Positions 10,555-19,708 of a DNA stretch of 64,000 bases are shown here, in pieces. The notes under the pieces were generated by a model that searched no databases, was not told the origin of the DNA, and was given only the letters and a program-made list of their open reading frames with translations. The translations under genes and the position numbers were made by a program. Source of the stretch: Escherichia coli. Lineage in GTDB: Bacteria > Pseudomonadota > Gammaproteobacteria > Enterobacterales > Enterobacteriaceae. Position 1 is the first letter of the stretch, and every line of letters begins with the position of its first letter. Where the stretch lies: NCBI RefSeq assembly GCF_024223415.1, contig NZ_CP100500.1, one strand, 5' to 3'.

Positions 10555-12786
10555 CTAGTTCTCTACCATCAACCGGGCAAGCTTGGCAAAAATCGAACAC
10601 TTGCTGCTTTCACCGCTCCTGAGCATATCCAGGGTAAAGCTATTGAGATAAACGCCAGTTAACGGGTGGCTAAATACATCTACGGCTTTGCCTTGGGCAT
10701 CCCATATCAGCAGATTTTCCACCAGGTTAGGCCGTGCAATAGTAGGATTTGTAGGCTGGGCATCGCTTACCAGAACAAATACACCATTCTCATGCGGTTG
10801 CAGATAAATATGGTGATGCTTCATCTTTTGCGCTTTGGTCAGCGAGTCGTATTTCGAGCGGCCAGGTGATATCAGATAGGGCAGTACGTTTTGATCCGGT
10901 TTTGCAGAGCGGGTGATGGCGTACCCGTTAAATTTATCCCCTTTACGCTCTGCCAGAGTTTTTTCTTGTTCCTGATAAGCGTATGAATCGACGATATTAA
11001 ATTGCGCCGGGCCAATCAGGCGCGGTACGCGGGAGCTGTTGTAGGTGGTAAGCAGGACATCTGCTGTGTGGTCGTAGAGATAGAAGCTTTTGTCGAATAA
11101 TTTCTTTAATCGTCCCAGAGAGGGGGGATCAACAGACAGATAGTCTAATTTACCTTCAGCGATCCCGGTATCAACCACCCTAAGTTGGCCGTGTTCTATT
11201 TTTAGTTCGACATATCCAAGCAGGGGGAGATAGCTTTTCGTTTTGCGTACTGCATAGGCGGTATAGTGCCCGTCCGCCAAATCTGGTAGTGGGATGTGAT
11301 GCTGATTGAGTAAGCTCTCTTTGAACCATAGCTCGGTTTTTGTTCGGCGAACCTTACTGTTAAGTAAGGTAACTGCTGACTTGAGACGACTGTGAGGCTT
11401 CGTAAGATCGATTTCGTATTGAGTAGGGTTGCTTGTCAATTGTTCATTAATAAAATCAATCGCATCCAACAACTTGTGATCAATATTCATACCCTGTAAG
11501 ACTACGGGCAGAGGTTGCTGATTTAGCCACCCTTGCAAACGATCTAGTTTAAGCTGGGTATAAGTATCCCAATTGAGTTCGGGTTGTTTTCGGGCGTCGG
11601 CAAAGGCCGCATAGAAATCATTGTACTCAACAGATTCATTATCTTGCTGGCGGATGCTGTTGCTCCGCTCTTCATCTACTGCATTGAGTACCAGAATAGA
11701 TGTACTGGCAGGCAGCTCAGAAAAGCCGGTTTGCTGAGAATGTTTAAGCGACGCCAGAGGCCAGAGTTGATACCCGGGGAACTGGATGGCTAATGTGTCA
11801 AAGAAATAAGCTTCTTGCGTGGCGCTAAATTCGACGCCGTTATTAACCACCAACAGCGTATTAGTCAGTTGTTGATCGAGGTCGGTAGCGAACTGATTGA
11901 CCTCGTGGGTGGCCTGAAATGCGATAGGCTGATGCGGGATCTCTAGTTCACTGAGCCGCTCGCAGGCGGCATTCATGACCACGTTATAGGTATAGGCCTG
12001 GCATTCACCATAGCCGCTGCGCTCACGAAAAAAGTCCAGTTTGCTATCCCGGGCATCGAGTTTGCGCCGGGCTTTGAGCCGACGATTATCGATGTTAAAC
12101 CACACGCAGGTATCGTCCAGAGAGAGATGCAATTCATCCTCCGGTTCGACCAGAAATTTTCGTTTGTGCAGGGTAAAGGCGAGTTCGTTATATTCTGATG
12201 CATAAATGTCGAGTTCGAATGCCTCCATCACTCCAGTGCCGCTTTTCTGCGTGACGGGCTGACTCAGGCGAGCGTTGAGATAGAACGTAGAGTTGAAGTA
12301 GGTTGGCGGTACCGAAAAGCGCTCGCTGGCTTGTTCCAGCATTACCATTTTCAAATGCAGACTGAACAATCCCTGAATCAGGCGAGATAAATCATAATTT
12401 TCAGCTGTGAGTCGCTGGCAAAGCGTTTCAATGCGTTCTGCCAAAGTCCGATGCGCTAGGCTGTTCGGTGCAGCAGCAGGCGCCAGGAAAAAAAAGACGT
12501 GATGGTAATTGGGTAAGCAATGCAGCTCATATTTTACTTCCTGTCCGGCCTCAAGCCCAAGCTTCTGCCGCACGCAAGTTTTTACCTCCTGATGAATTCG
12601 CGCATAGTAATCAGCGGATTTTTCTTTTCGCTCTTTAGTAAAGTGCTGAACCATAAAGTCTATCGTATAGATATTAGATACCGGGGCCAATAGACGCTGG
12701 ATTGTTGTCAGCTGATCTTCTTCAAGCTTGATCAAATTGGTACGGGCAATCGGAGTATCCGTCAGCTCATTCAGATTAGGGATCAT
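10555..12786 (-). CDS. 743 aa protein of unknown function; last gene of the five-gene operon (possible Argonaute/PIWI-like partner, unproven)
   Basis: Long uninterrupted ORF. ATGA start/stop overlap with the upstream helicase-nuclease gene. I recognise no motif except a C-terminal 'SSKCSIFAKLARLMVEN' tail. Confidence 0.75.
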   Translation of the reverse strand: MIPNLNELTDTPIARTNLIKLEEDQLTTIQRLLAPVSNIYTIDFMVQHFTKERKEKSADYYARIHQEVKTCVRQKLGLEAGQEVKYELHCLPNYHHVFFFLAPAAAPNSLAHRTLAERIETLCQRLTAENYDLSRLIQGLFSLHLKMVMLEQASERFSVPPTYFNSTFYLNARLSQPVTQKSGTGVMEAFELDIYASEYNELAFTLHKRKFLVEPEDELHLSLDDTCVWFNIDNRRLKARRKLDARDSKLDFFRERSGYGECQAYTYNVVMNAACERLSELEIPHQPIAFQATHEVNQFATDLDQQLTNTLLVVNNGVEFSATQEAYFFDTLAIQFPGYQLWPLASLKHSQQTGFSELPASTSILVLNAVDEERSNSIRQQDNESVEYNDFYAAFADARKQPELNWDTYTQLKLDRLQGWLNQQPLPVVLQGMNIDHKLLDAIDFINEQLTSNPTQYEIDLTKPHSRLKSAVTLLNSKVRRTKTELWFKESLLNQHHIPLPDLADGHYTAYAVRKTKSYLPLLGYVELKIEHGQLRVVDTGIAEGKLDYLSVDPPSLGRLKKLFDKSFYLYDHTADVLLTTYNSSRVPRLIGPAQFNIVDSYAYQEQEKTLAERKGDKFNGYAITRSAKPDQNVLPYLISPGRSKYDSLTKAQKMKHHHIYLQPHENGVFVLVSDAQPTNPTIARPNLVENLLIWDAQGKAVDVFSHPLTGVYLNSFTLDMLRSGESSKCSIFAKLARLMVEN

Positions 12787-15700
12787 GATACTTTTCCTTT
12801 AGTCGGCAACTTTTCTACACCCAGCAGGGTTAGTAACATTGGGTTTATATCCAATGTCATGCGCAGTTTCGAGTTTTCCTGAGCGCGTCCGCTCTCTCGA
12901 TTTTTGGGCTGATAATACTGGTAGTCAGTTTGCAACAGGTTGAGGTAGTGGATCGTGTGATCCACATTATCCTGCCACATCAGATTATTAGGGTTCTGGC
13001 TGTAGGCGACGTTCAGATAGATAAATCGAATACGTTCATAACGGCCTGCCAGCGCCGTCTGGAGCTGTTTCTGCCCCTCAGTATCCGCCTTTTGGCTGGC
13101 GATATTACGGATCTGGCGAATCTTGTTGTCGCTTTTCTCAAGCGTTTCTTCTGCCCGCGTCAAATCGTCCAACTGTGTCGCCCAGCGCTTAACGTCGATG
13201 CAGAGCAGGTCGTCGCCCACTTCAATAAAGCGGTCAAAAAACTCATAGACCAGCGGTTCAAGGCGTTCAAACACCTGCTGGTCGGAGAGTGGGGTAACAC
13301 CATAACTTTTTAGCACTTTATCGAAGAGATATTCACCGACATTGCCTTTGAGCAACGGAACTAGCCTGGGGTTGGGTACCCATTTTTTGAATGCCTTTTC
13401 CTGGATGTTGTCACATTCACGAATCAACTCGCCGACCAGGTTGCCGGGGGTAAAATCGACATCGTTTCTATACTGCGGAAAGAGGGTGAGCTCTGGCCGG
13501 TACTCTCTTGCGCCGCCAGCGAAATCCGACAGGGCGGAATAATCTCTGTGGGCAAGTCCATCCGGGCCGCGTTTGTGGCAAAGTAAAATCGTTTGATTCC
13601 CTTGCTGACGATCGATAAACAGAGCGTCGTGAACAGATTGCATTTGTCGATTGGCGGTATACAAGGGATTAGCCTGGAGTTTTGCCAGCCAGCGCTGGGG
13701 ATCGGTAAAGGAGTCAGGATCGCGGAATAAATTACATATCTCGAGATAATCGAGATTGCCAGCGCGTACCTTATTAATCCAGTCGGTTTTAAGGACACGT
13801 TTGTGAATTTCATCGATGCGGCGACCATTCGCGACGATAGCTTGCTCAAACGTCAGTCGCTGTTCCGCATTATTGAATGACTGGCCCTGACTCAGCTTTT
13901 CGCACTCCTCCATGAGTCGGTGGTTAAGCAAAGACATACTTTCTGATACCACCTCGTTACCGCTATCTTCACTAAGAGCGGCGAACTGAAATGCAACATT
14001 ACGGAACACATCGCGGGGTAAAAAGATTTCTGTTTTCAATAGAGTGTCGCGACGCTCGACTCGCCCTACGGCCTGCACGACGACTTTGAATAAGCTCATA
14101 TCATGTTCGGCCATTAACAGGCGATAGTTTTCGCCGTGGGCGAAATTAACGTTGAAATCGGCCAGCTTGTGGACGGTAATATCGTCATCGGCGTAGTGTT
14201 TAAGCACGGTAACGTAGTTAGGTAATGTATTGAGGTTGCCGCTGTTGTCCTTTACTTCGCTGTAAAACGAGGAGTTGATGAGCACTAAGCGCTCAAAATC
14301 GACATCCAGACGTGGTGCATTGATATCATTAATATCGCCGTCATGGTATTTAACAAAGTAGTTGAGGCCGGTACCCGCACTTTTATAACTGCTCATAAAT
14401 ACCAGTACGGTATTGCTGTTCTGGAGATAGGTTTCTTGCCTGATATCTTCGACATTAGCCAGTGGTGAATCGAAAAAGACCAAATGGACGGTGTGACGCC
14501 CTTTGAATGGGGTAAAGGTCAGGATCTGGTCATGTTTCTTACCGTTATCCGTTTTTTCATCGCACCGGGAGTGCATACCGTACTGCTGACGCCAGGTTGT
14601 CTGGTGCGTGCGCCAGGCGCTGATAAAGGCCCGCTTAAACGTCCCTGAAAGTGACAGAATCAGGCTGTTTTTACCCTCCCAGGCGGCAAGCAGTAACGCT
14701 TCCAGTTCCCGCTGGCACTGACGCCGTTTATAGGTATTTTTCAGGTCGTATTCCAGCGGTTTCTTCAGCGCGTCGAAAAAGTTGTCATACGTCCTGCGAT
14801 AGATTTCACAATTTTGGTAGATATCGGTCAATTTTAACTGCTTATCATCGAACACCCTGAAGTCTACGTTGCGGATACTGGCCCTCAACCCGCGTAATGC
14901 CTTAAGCGTATCGATATCTGCCTTTTCGCGTTCAACGACCCGGTAGCCAAGGTCGCGGCTATAGTGCGCCAGGAAGTGACGATTGAAGTTACCGTTTTTG
15001 GTGTGGCTAAAACCGCTGGTGGCGCTAAGCCCAATTACTTTATTGTGCGTGCCGGTTAATAAACGCAGCAGCATGGCTTCAGGCAACTCTTGTACCAGAT
15101 CCATCTCGAACGCCAGAATAATTGTGCGCTCGGCTCCCCTGTTCACGTAATTGAGTTCAGCTATCGGCGTCATCGTGAATACGGTTTTGGGTTGCAGGTA
15201 AGTGTAGAAATGATCAATCAACAAGTTTTTATCGGTGGTGCGATCGAAGATATGTCGCACCACGCCGGCTACGTTATTGGCTGCGTCAACAAACTGGCCC
15301 AAAGGCGTATTCTGGCTGCTGGAGTTGTCCTGGCCACCATTCTTTACCCAGCGCTTAAAGTGCCGGTTGGTGATTTCAGAACAGGCGGCGAGGATGACGG
15401 AGACCAACTGGAACAGATCGTGCAGAGTGGGGTTGGTGTCATTGGCATCATTTTCGACTTCGTAATACAGTTCGGTGCGCGTTATGTCGCCTTCGCTGTT
15501 GCGCATGCGAATGCGTTTCAGCCCTTCTTCATTGACGTACATTTTGGGGTTAAAGCTGAATACGTTGCGGGTGATTGAGATGATGCGTTCGGCGGCGTCG
15601 CCGTTGACTTCAAATGCCCCTAACTGGTCACGAAACATCTCCAGGATCGATCCCAGCCTTGTACCGGGGGATAGTTCGCACTTTTCCGCCAGTAAATTGC

Positions 15701-17498
15701 GCAGAGTAGTGATGAATTTGACCATCTCTTGCTCAAAGGTCGTTTGCGCTTCTTTGGGCTTGTTTCGGCGTTCTAAGCTGAGTACCGCGTTGTGAATACG
15801 TCCTGCGACGGAAATAACGTGCGCCAGGTTATTTTCCTGTGTGATTAGCTTTACATGGCATGTTTCTTCAAGGCGAGTGTAGGCTTCATGTAGTTCATCA
15901 ATGATCACCGTAAAACGAATATTTTTCTGGCGAAAAGGACAATCTGGATTGCGTCTGAAGTGTTCGTCGCGAAGATAGGTAACCTGCCCGGTATGACCGG
16001 CTGCCGCAACGGTGCTAATCTGTGGATCTTTGGGAGTCAGCTTACCGCCAATCAGCAAGTCGAAACCTACGGACTCAAAACGCACACCTTCGCCTCGCTG
16101 ACGAGGCGCCAGTCGGTAAGTTGATGTGTCGAACTTATTCGTGGTCATTAATAGCACTGACGGGCGGTACTGGCAAACTTCGAAAGGCAATACCTGTTTG
16201 ATAAGCTCGAAATAGACTTCGTGTACGCTTATCTTAGGTTCAAGCTTTCCTGGTTTTCGTGCTGTCTCCGCGTTTTGCATTCGCTCTTGCCGCGCCTGGA
16301 GCCCGCGACGAATGTACTCTTTAATGGAAGCTTTTTCACTATCTGGTCCAAATAGTAATTTACAGGCTGACTCAATCGTATTGCGGATACTGTGACGGCA
16401 GTTTTTTAGCTGTTCTTCGAGAATTTCTCTTTCGTAGTTGGTATCCTGAGAACCGTATGTTGTCAGCTTTTTTAACTGCTCTTCACAGCGATCAATTTGT
16501 AAGACATGATAATTGAGCGAACGAATAGCGCCGCCGATATATTTGCTGCCTTTCGCCCCTTCGTACCACTGAATATAGCTGTCGCGGTTTTTCAGACCAG
16601 AGGCCCAGTCCATAAAGTCGAGGTCGGCAACATCCTTACGGGAGAGAACGCAAATGAACTCGCCGCTAGCGGCCAGAATTTTCTCTTTCTGACTGCTGTC
16701 CAGGTCGATTTGTGATTTTTGCGGTGACATGAATAGCAGGTTGGTAAAGCCACCTTCAGGAAACAGATCGTCTGACTTTTGGGTTTTGGCGAAGCGCTCC
16801 AGATATTCGACATACCCTTGGATCACGCCATAGCTTTTGCCGAACCCCGTGCCGTCGGAACTGAAGATGACCTCAGCGCCATCACGTTCATGCACGTGGT
16901 AAAGTTGAGAGACTTGGGCGCGACAGGCGTTAATCTCTTTAATCAGCGTTATGTCAGGAATTTGCCTAGAGATGAGATCTTGCAGATTATTATTGATATT
17001 TTTCTCTCCAACACGCTCACACTTGCGGTAACTATTGATGGTTATTTGGCCGCTGTCGATCAGAATCTTTTCCACCTGTATGGGGGCAAGATGCAAGGCT
17101 GTCGCGATTTCATTGATAGTATTGGACAGTGGTTCGTGTGGATTGCTAATCGTGAAGTGGTTTAGTGCTGCCGCAACGGTATCTGGATGCAATGCTTTTC
17201 TGAGGGTGGGAAAGGTGAGGCTGTAATCGTATAGCGCCAAATCATTGCTTATCAGGCAGCGAAACAGTTGTTTAGTGGGATCGCCACCAGGACGGCTGGC
17301 AAATCCCAAGATTTTTGCCTGTTCGAGGCGATAAAGCAATGCTGCGGCATCGCGGTCAGGTGAGTCAAATGCATCGTGGAGCTGCTGGCTAAATGGCATT
17401 GTGGCATTCAGCCGGTTATGGCTGACCAGCGCGGAAAAGAGCTGACGCACCAAGGTTAGCAGCTTACAATCTTCCTCTATAGTCCAGCTTTTTCTCAT
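12783..17498 (-). CDS. ~1571 aa SF2 DExH helicase fused to a C-terminal PD-(D/E)xK-like nuclease; family unassigned
   Basis: Motif I 'GTGFGKS' (nt 16833-16853). Motif II 'IIDELHE' (15888-15899). Motif III 'LSATSG' (15018-15026). Motif VI 'QAVGRVERR' (14049-14075). Nuclease-like 'GEYLFD...FFDRF...GDDLLCIDVKRW' (13188-13334). The ATG at 17498 is preceded by GGGGAAG, 11 nt after the sngC stop; the track start at 17534 is the alternative. Confidence 0.8.
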   Translation of the reverse strand: MRKSWTIEEDCKLLTLVRQLFSALVSHNRLNATMPFSQQLHDAFDSPDRDAAALLYRLEQAKILGFASRPGGDPTKQLFRCLISNDLALYDYSLTFPTLRKALHPDTVAAALNHFTISNPHEPLSNTINEIATALHLAPIQVEKILIDSGQITINSYRKCERVGEKNINNNLQDLISRQIPDITLIKEINACRAQVSQLYHVHERDGAEVIFSSDGTGFGKSYGVIQGYVEYLERFAKTQKSDDLFPEGGFTNLLFMSPQKSQIDLDSSQKEKILAASGEFICVLSRKDVADLDFMDWASGLKNRDSYIQWYEGAKGSKYIGGAIRSLNYHVLQIDRCEEQLKKLTTYGSQDTNYEREILEEQLKNCRHSIRNTIESACKLLFGPDSEKASIKEYIRRGLQARQERMQNAETARKPGKLEPKISVHEVYFELIKQVLPFEVCQYRPSVLLMTTNKFDTSTYRLAPRQRGEGVRFESVGFDLLIGGKLTPKDPQISTVAAAGHTGQVTYLRDEHFRRNPDCPFRQKNIRFTVIIDELHEAYTRLEETCHVKLITQENNLAHVISVAGRIHNAVLSLERRNKPKEAQTTFEQEMVKFITTLRNLLAEKCELSPGTRLGSILEMFRDQLGAFEVNGDAAERIISITRNVFSFNPKMYVNEEGLKRIRMRNSEGDITRTELYYEVENDANDTNPTLHDLFQLVSVILAACSEITNRHFKRWVKNGGQDNSSSQNTPLGQFVDAANNVAGVVRHIFDRTTDKNLLIDHFYTYLQPKTVFTMTPIAELNYVNRGAERTIILAFEMDLVQELPEAMLLRLLTGTHNKVIGLSATSGFSHTKNGNFNRHFLAHYSRDLGYRVVEREKADIDTLKALRGLRASIRNVDFRVFDDKQLKLTDIYQNCEIYRRTYDNFFDALKKPLEYDLKNTYKRRQCQRELEALLLAAWEGKNSLILSLSGTFKRAFISAWRTHQTTWRQQYGMHSRCDEKTDNGKKHDQILTFTPFKGRHTVHLVFFDSPLANVEDIRQETYLQNSNTVLVFMSSYKSAGTGLNYFVKYHDGDINDINAPRLDVDFERLVLINSSFYSEVKDNSGNLNTLPNYVTVLKHYADDDITVHKLADFNVNFAHGENYRLLMAEHDMSLFKVVVQAVGRVERRDTLLKTEIFLPRDVFRNVAFQFAALSEDSGNEVVSESMSLLNHRLMEECEKLSQGQSFNNAEQRLTFEQAIVANGRRIDEIHKRVLKTDWINKVRAGNLDYLEICNLFRDPDSFTDPQRWLAKLQANPLYTANRQMQSVHDALFIDRQQGNQTILLCHKRGPDGLAHRDYSALSDFAGGAREYRPELTLFPQYRNDVDFTPGNLVGELIRECDNIQEKAFKKWVPNPRLVPLLKGNVGEYLFDKVLKSYGVTPLSDQQVFERLEPLVYEFFDRFIEVGDDLLCIDVKRWATQLDDLTRAEETLEKSDNKIRQIRNIASQKADTEGQKQLQTALAGRYERIRFIYLNVAYSQNPNNLMWQDNVDHTIHYLNLLQTDYQYYQPKNRESGRAQENSKLRMTLDINPMLLTLLGVEKLPTKGKVS

Positions 17499-17509
17499 TC
17501 TTCTTCCCC

Positions 17510-19708
17510 TTAATATAAATGCCCCTGCAACCACTCCGTCACGCGTTCAATATTAAAAGCACGTAATCCATATTCCTGCGTCAGCAACGTCTCGGGTAAA
17601 TACTCATCATATTTTTCGAGGCACTTTTCAACGATGCTTTCGGCAAGACGGGATTCGTAAGGTAGCCCTTCCTGAAGTGCGCTGAATAACGCTTGTTTAA
17701 CCTCCGAGACCGTAGTTTTTTCTACTTCAACCACACCAGCAAATGAGCCCGCCTTGAAACCGCGTTGGATAAGTAATGCCGACAACGTGTTTACGGTTTG
17801 ATCGCCTAGCCAGGGAAGAATGTAGACATGCTGTCTCTGCTGAATAAAACATTCCGAAGCCAGATTATTGTTGCGAAAACAGTGCAGCCCTTCATCAAAC
17901 AGGTTTTTGGCCGTGGTATCGGCAAAATCGGCCTTGCGATTGCCAACGGTGATGCGGTAGTCGCCTTCCCGATAAATAGTGAGCATTTCTTGGCGGACGA
18001 CATCATGAATGGACATCCCTTGTCCGCCAAATAACGGCGGCTGCCCACCCTTTGTCGCCTCGACATAAATAACTTTTTTATCACTATCGATATCGGTTAC
18101 CTTCCAGCGTCGACCGCCGAAAATAATGTGTTGATCAGGCATCAGTGGGGAATCAACGGGAATGGAGCCCAGTGTTTTGCTCCCCGCCACAATGCGAAAC
18201 TCTTCCGGCGTGCTGAACACGGCGTAGAAGGTGTATTGATTTACCTGACGTTCGCCCTCGACGCCCAGAACCAGTTCGCCGCTTGAGAGCTGGGTCAGAA
18301 ACTGGTGCTCCCCCATATGTTTCAATAACGTTTTGAAGTCATAGATCCGGACTTTCTGAAATGGCCCTTGCAGGCATAGCTGTGACCAGATCTGATCCGC
18401 ACGCACGCCTCCCCACTGCGCCACGATCGCCAGGATCTGATGGAACAGGGTGGAATAGTGCATCTGCCGGGTATCAGCTGGCTCAAACCATTTGTTGCCG
18501 ATAAGTAAGCGGATCATGGCCAGCGACTGAACAAGCTGAAGCCTGAGCTGGTCGACAATGCCTGATGTTGGCGTCAGTTCATGTTCGGCAATCAGCATTC
18601 TCAATACGGCAGGCGAGTCGCGCCGACCGGAGCGTCCCATTCGCTGACGCAGGCTGGCTACGGAATGGGGGGCGGTAACTTGCACAACGGAGCTGACTTT
18701 ACCGATGTCGATGCCAAGCTCTAACGTCATCGTACAGATGGCGGTGGTGGGTAAGTTGCCTTGTTGAAGCCTCTGTTCCAGCGTTTCACGCAGATCTCTG
18801 GACAGAGATCCGTGATGGGGAAAGAACTCATTGGGAACGATGCTCGCTTCACTGAGATCGCTAAGCGTGGCGGCAATGCTTTCGGTCCGTTTGCGACTAT
18901 TAGCGAACACCAGATGGGAATCACCACGACAGAGGCGAAAGATATCATGGCAGATTTGCGTCTCTGCCGACGGTGGAGATTGCTGGCCCGAGGTGGTCAG
19001 CGGTTCCAGATAACCTTTCACCTGTACTTTTAGCGTGGCGTGAGTCTGACTGTCGGTAATAATGTCACAGGGCAGACGTTGATTTGGCCGCAGAGATAAC
19101 GGCACCTGTTCCAGTTCCCCCAGCGTTGCGCTGAGTGCGACTCGGGGGACTGGATTGTTGATTCTTCCCAGCAGGTGATCGACTCGATTTAACAGAGAGA
19201 GAAGCTGCATACCCCGCTCAGAACCGATGAAAGCATGGAATTCATCAATGGCGATATATGCCAGTGGCGCGAAAGCCTGCTTTAACCATCCCGCATTGCG
19301 GATCAGCATCGCTTCCAGCGATTCCGGGGTGATAAGCAAAATACCGGCAGGATTCTTCTTTGCTTTCAGCTTTTTGCTCTGCGCAACATCACCATGCCAG
19401 GGCGTGACCGGCATCTCCAACGCATCACCGAGGTTTTCCAGCCTTCGATACTGATCGTTAATCAGGGCCTTAAGCGGGCTGATGTATAAAATGCCAAAGC
19501 CGCCCTGAATATCCGCAATGGCAGAACAGGCGGGCAGGAAAAACGCTTCTGTTTTACCTGCGGCAGTCGCGGCGCTGATCAGAACATCCCGATCGCCCGC
19601 TAATATCGGTGAAACGGATTTTTTTTGCAGTTCCCTGAGATCGGCCCATCCCTGCCGGTATATCCACTTCTGTATCCGTGGATCCAGCCGCTGGTATTCG
19701 TTCATCAT
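17510..19708 (-). CDS. sngC: Lhr-like DEAD/DEAH helicase, Shango SngC-type
   Basis: Motif I 'TAAGKTEAF', motif II 'IDEFHAF', motif III 'LSATLG', motif VI 'QRMGRSGRR'. ATGA overlap with the upstream ATPase gene. Confidence 0.75.
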   Translation of the reverse strand: MMNEYQRLDPRIQKWIYRQGWADLRELQKKSVSPILAGDRDVLISAATAAGKTEAFFLPACSAIADIQGGFGILYISPLKALINDQYRRLENLGDALEMPVTPWHGDVAQSKKLKAKKNPAGILLITPESLEAMLIRNAGWLKQAFAPLAYIAIDEFHAFIGSERGMQLLSLLNRVDHLLGRINNPVPRVALSATLGELEQVPLSLRPNQRLPCDIITDSQTHATLKVQVKGYLEPLTTSGQQSPPSAETQICHDIFRLCRGDSHLVFANSRKRTESIAATLSDLSEASIVPNEFFPHHGSLSRDLRETLEQRLQQGNLPTTAICTMTLELGIDIGKVSSVVQVTAPHSVASLRQRMGRSGRRDSPAVLRMLIAEHELTPTSGIVDQLRLQLVQSLAMIRLLIGNKWFEPADTRQMHYSTLFHQILAIVAQWGGVRADQIWSQLCLQGPFQKVRIYDFKTLLKHMGEHQFLTQLSSGELVLGVEGERQVNQYTFYAVFSTPEEFRIVAGSKTLGSIPVDSPLMPDQHIIFGGRRWKVTDIDSDKKVIYVEATKGGQPPLFGGQGMSIHDVVRQEMLTIYREGDYRITVGNRKADFADTTAKNLFDEGLHCFRNNNLASECFIQQRQHVYILPWLGDQTVNTLSALLIQRGFKAGSFAGVVEVEKTTVSEVKQALFSALQEGLPYESRLAESIVEKCLEKYDEYLPETLLTQEYGLRAFNIERVTEWLQGHLY

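Noticed and set aside
12930-17226. Plus-strand ORFs of 60-160 aa inside the helicase-nuclease gene (e.g. 12930..13313, 15090..15578, 16779..17165)
   Set aside because: They are antisense shadows of a 4.7 kb ORF that carries ordered helicase motifs, and they have no independent support.
12783-17534. Calling the large helicase a Druantia DruE or DISARM DrmA homologue
   Set aside because: I see no CxxC...CxxC cluster of the DUF1998 type. No DruH-like gene lies upstream, and there are no DrmB/DrmC or methylase partners. The gene order, with the helicase first and the partner downstream, also differs. The assignment is left open rather than forced.
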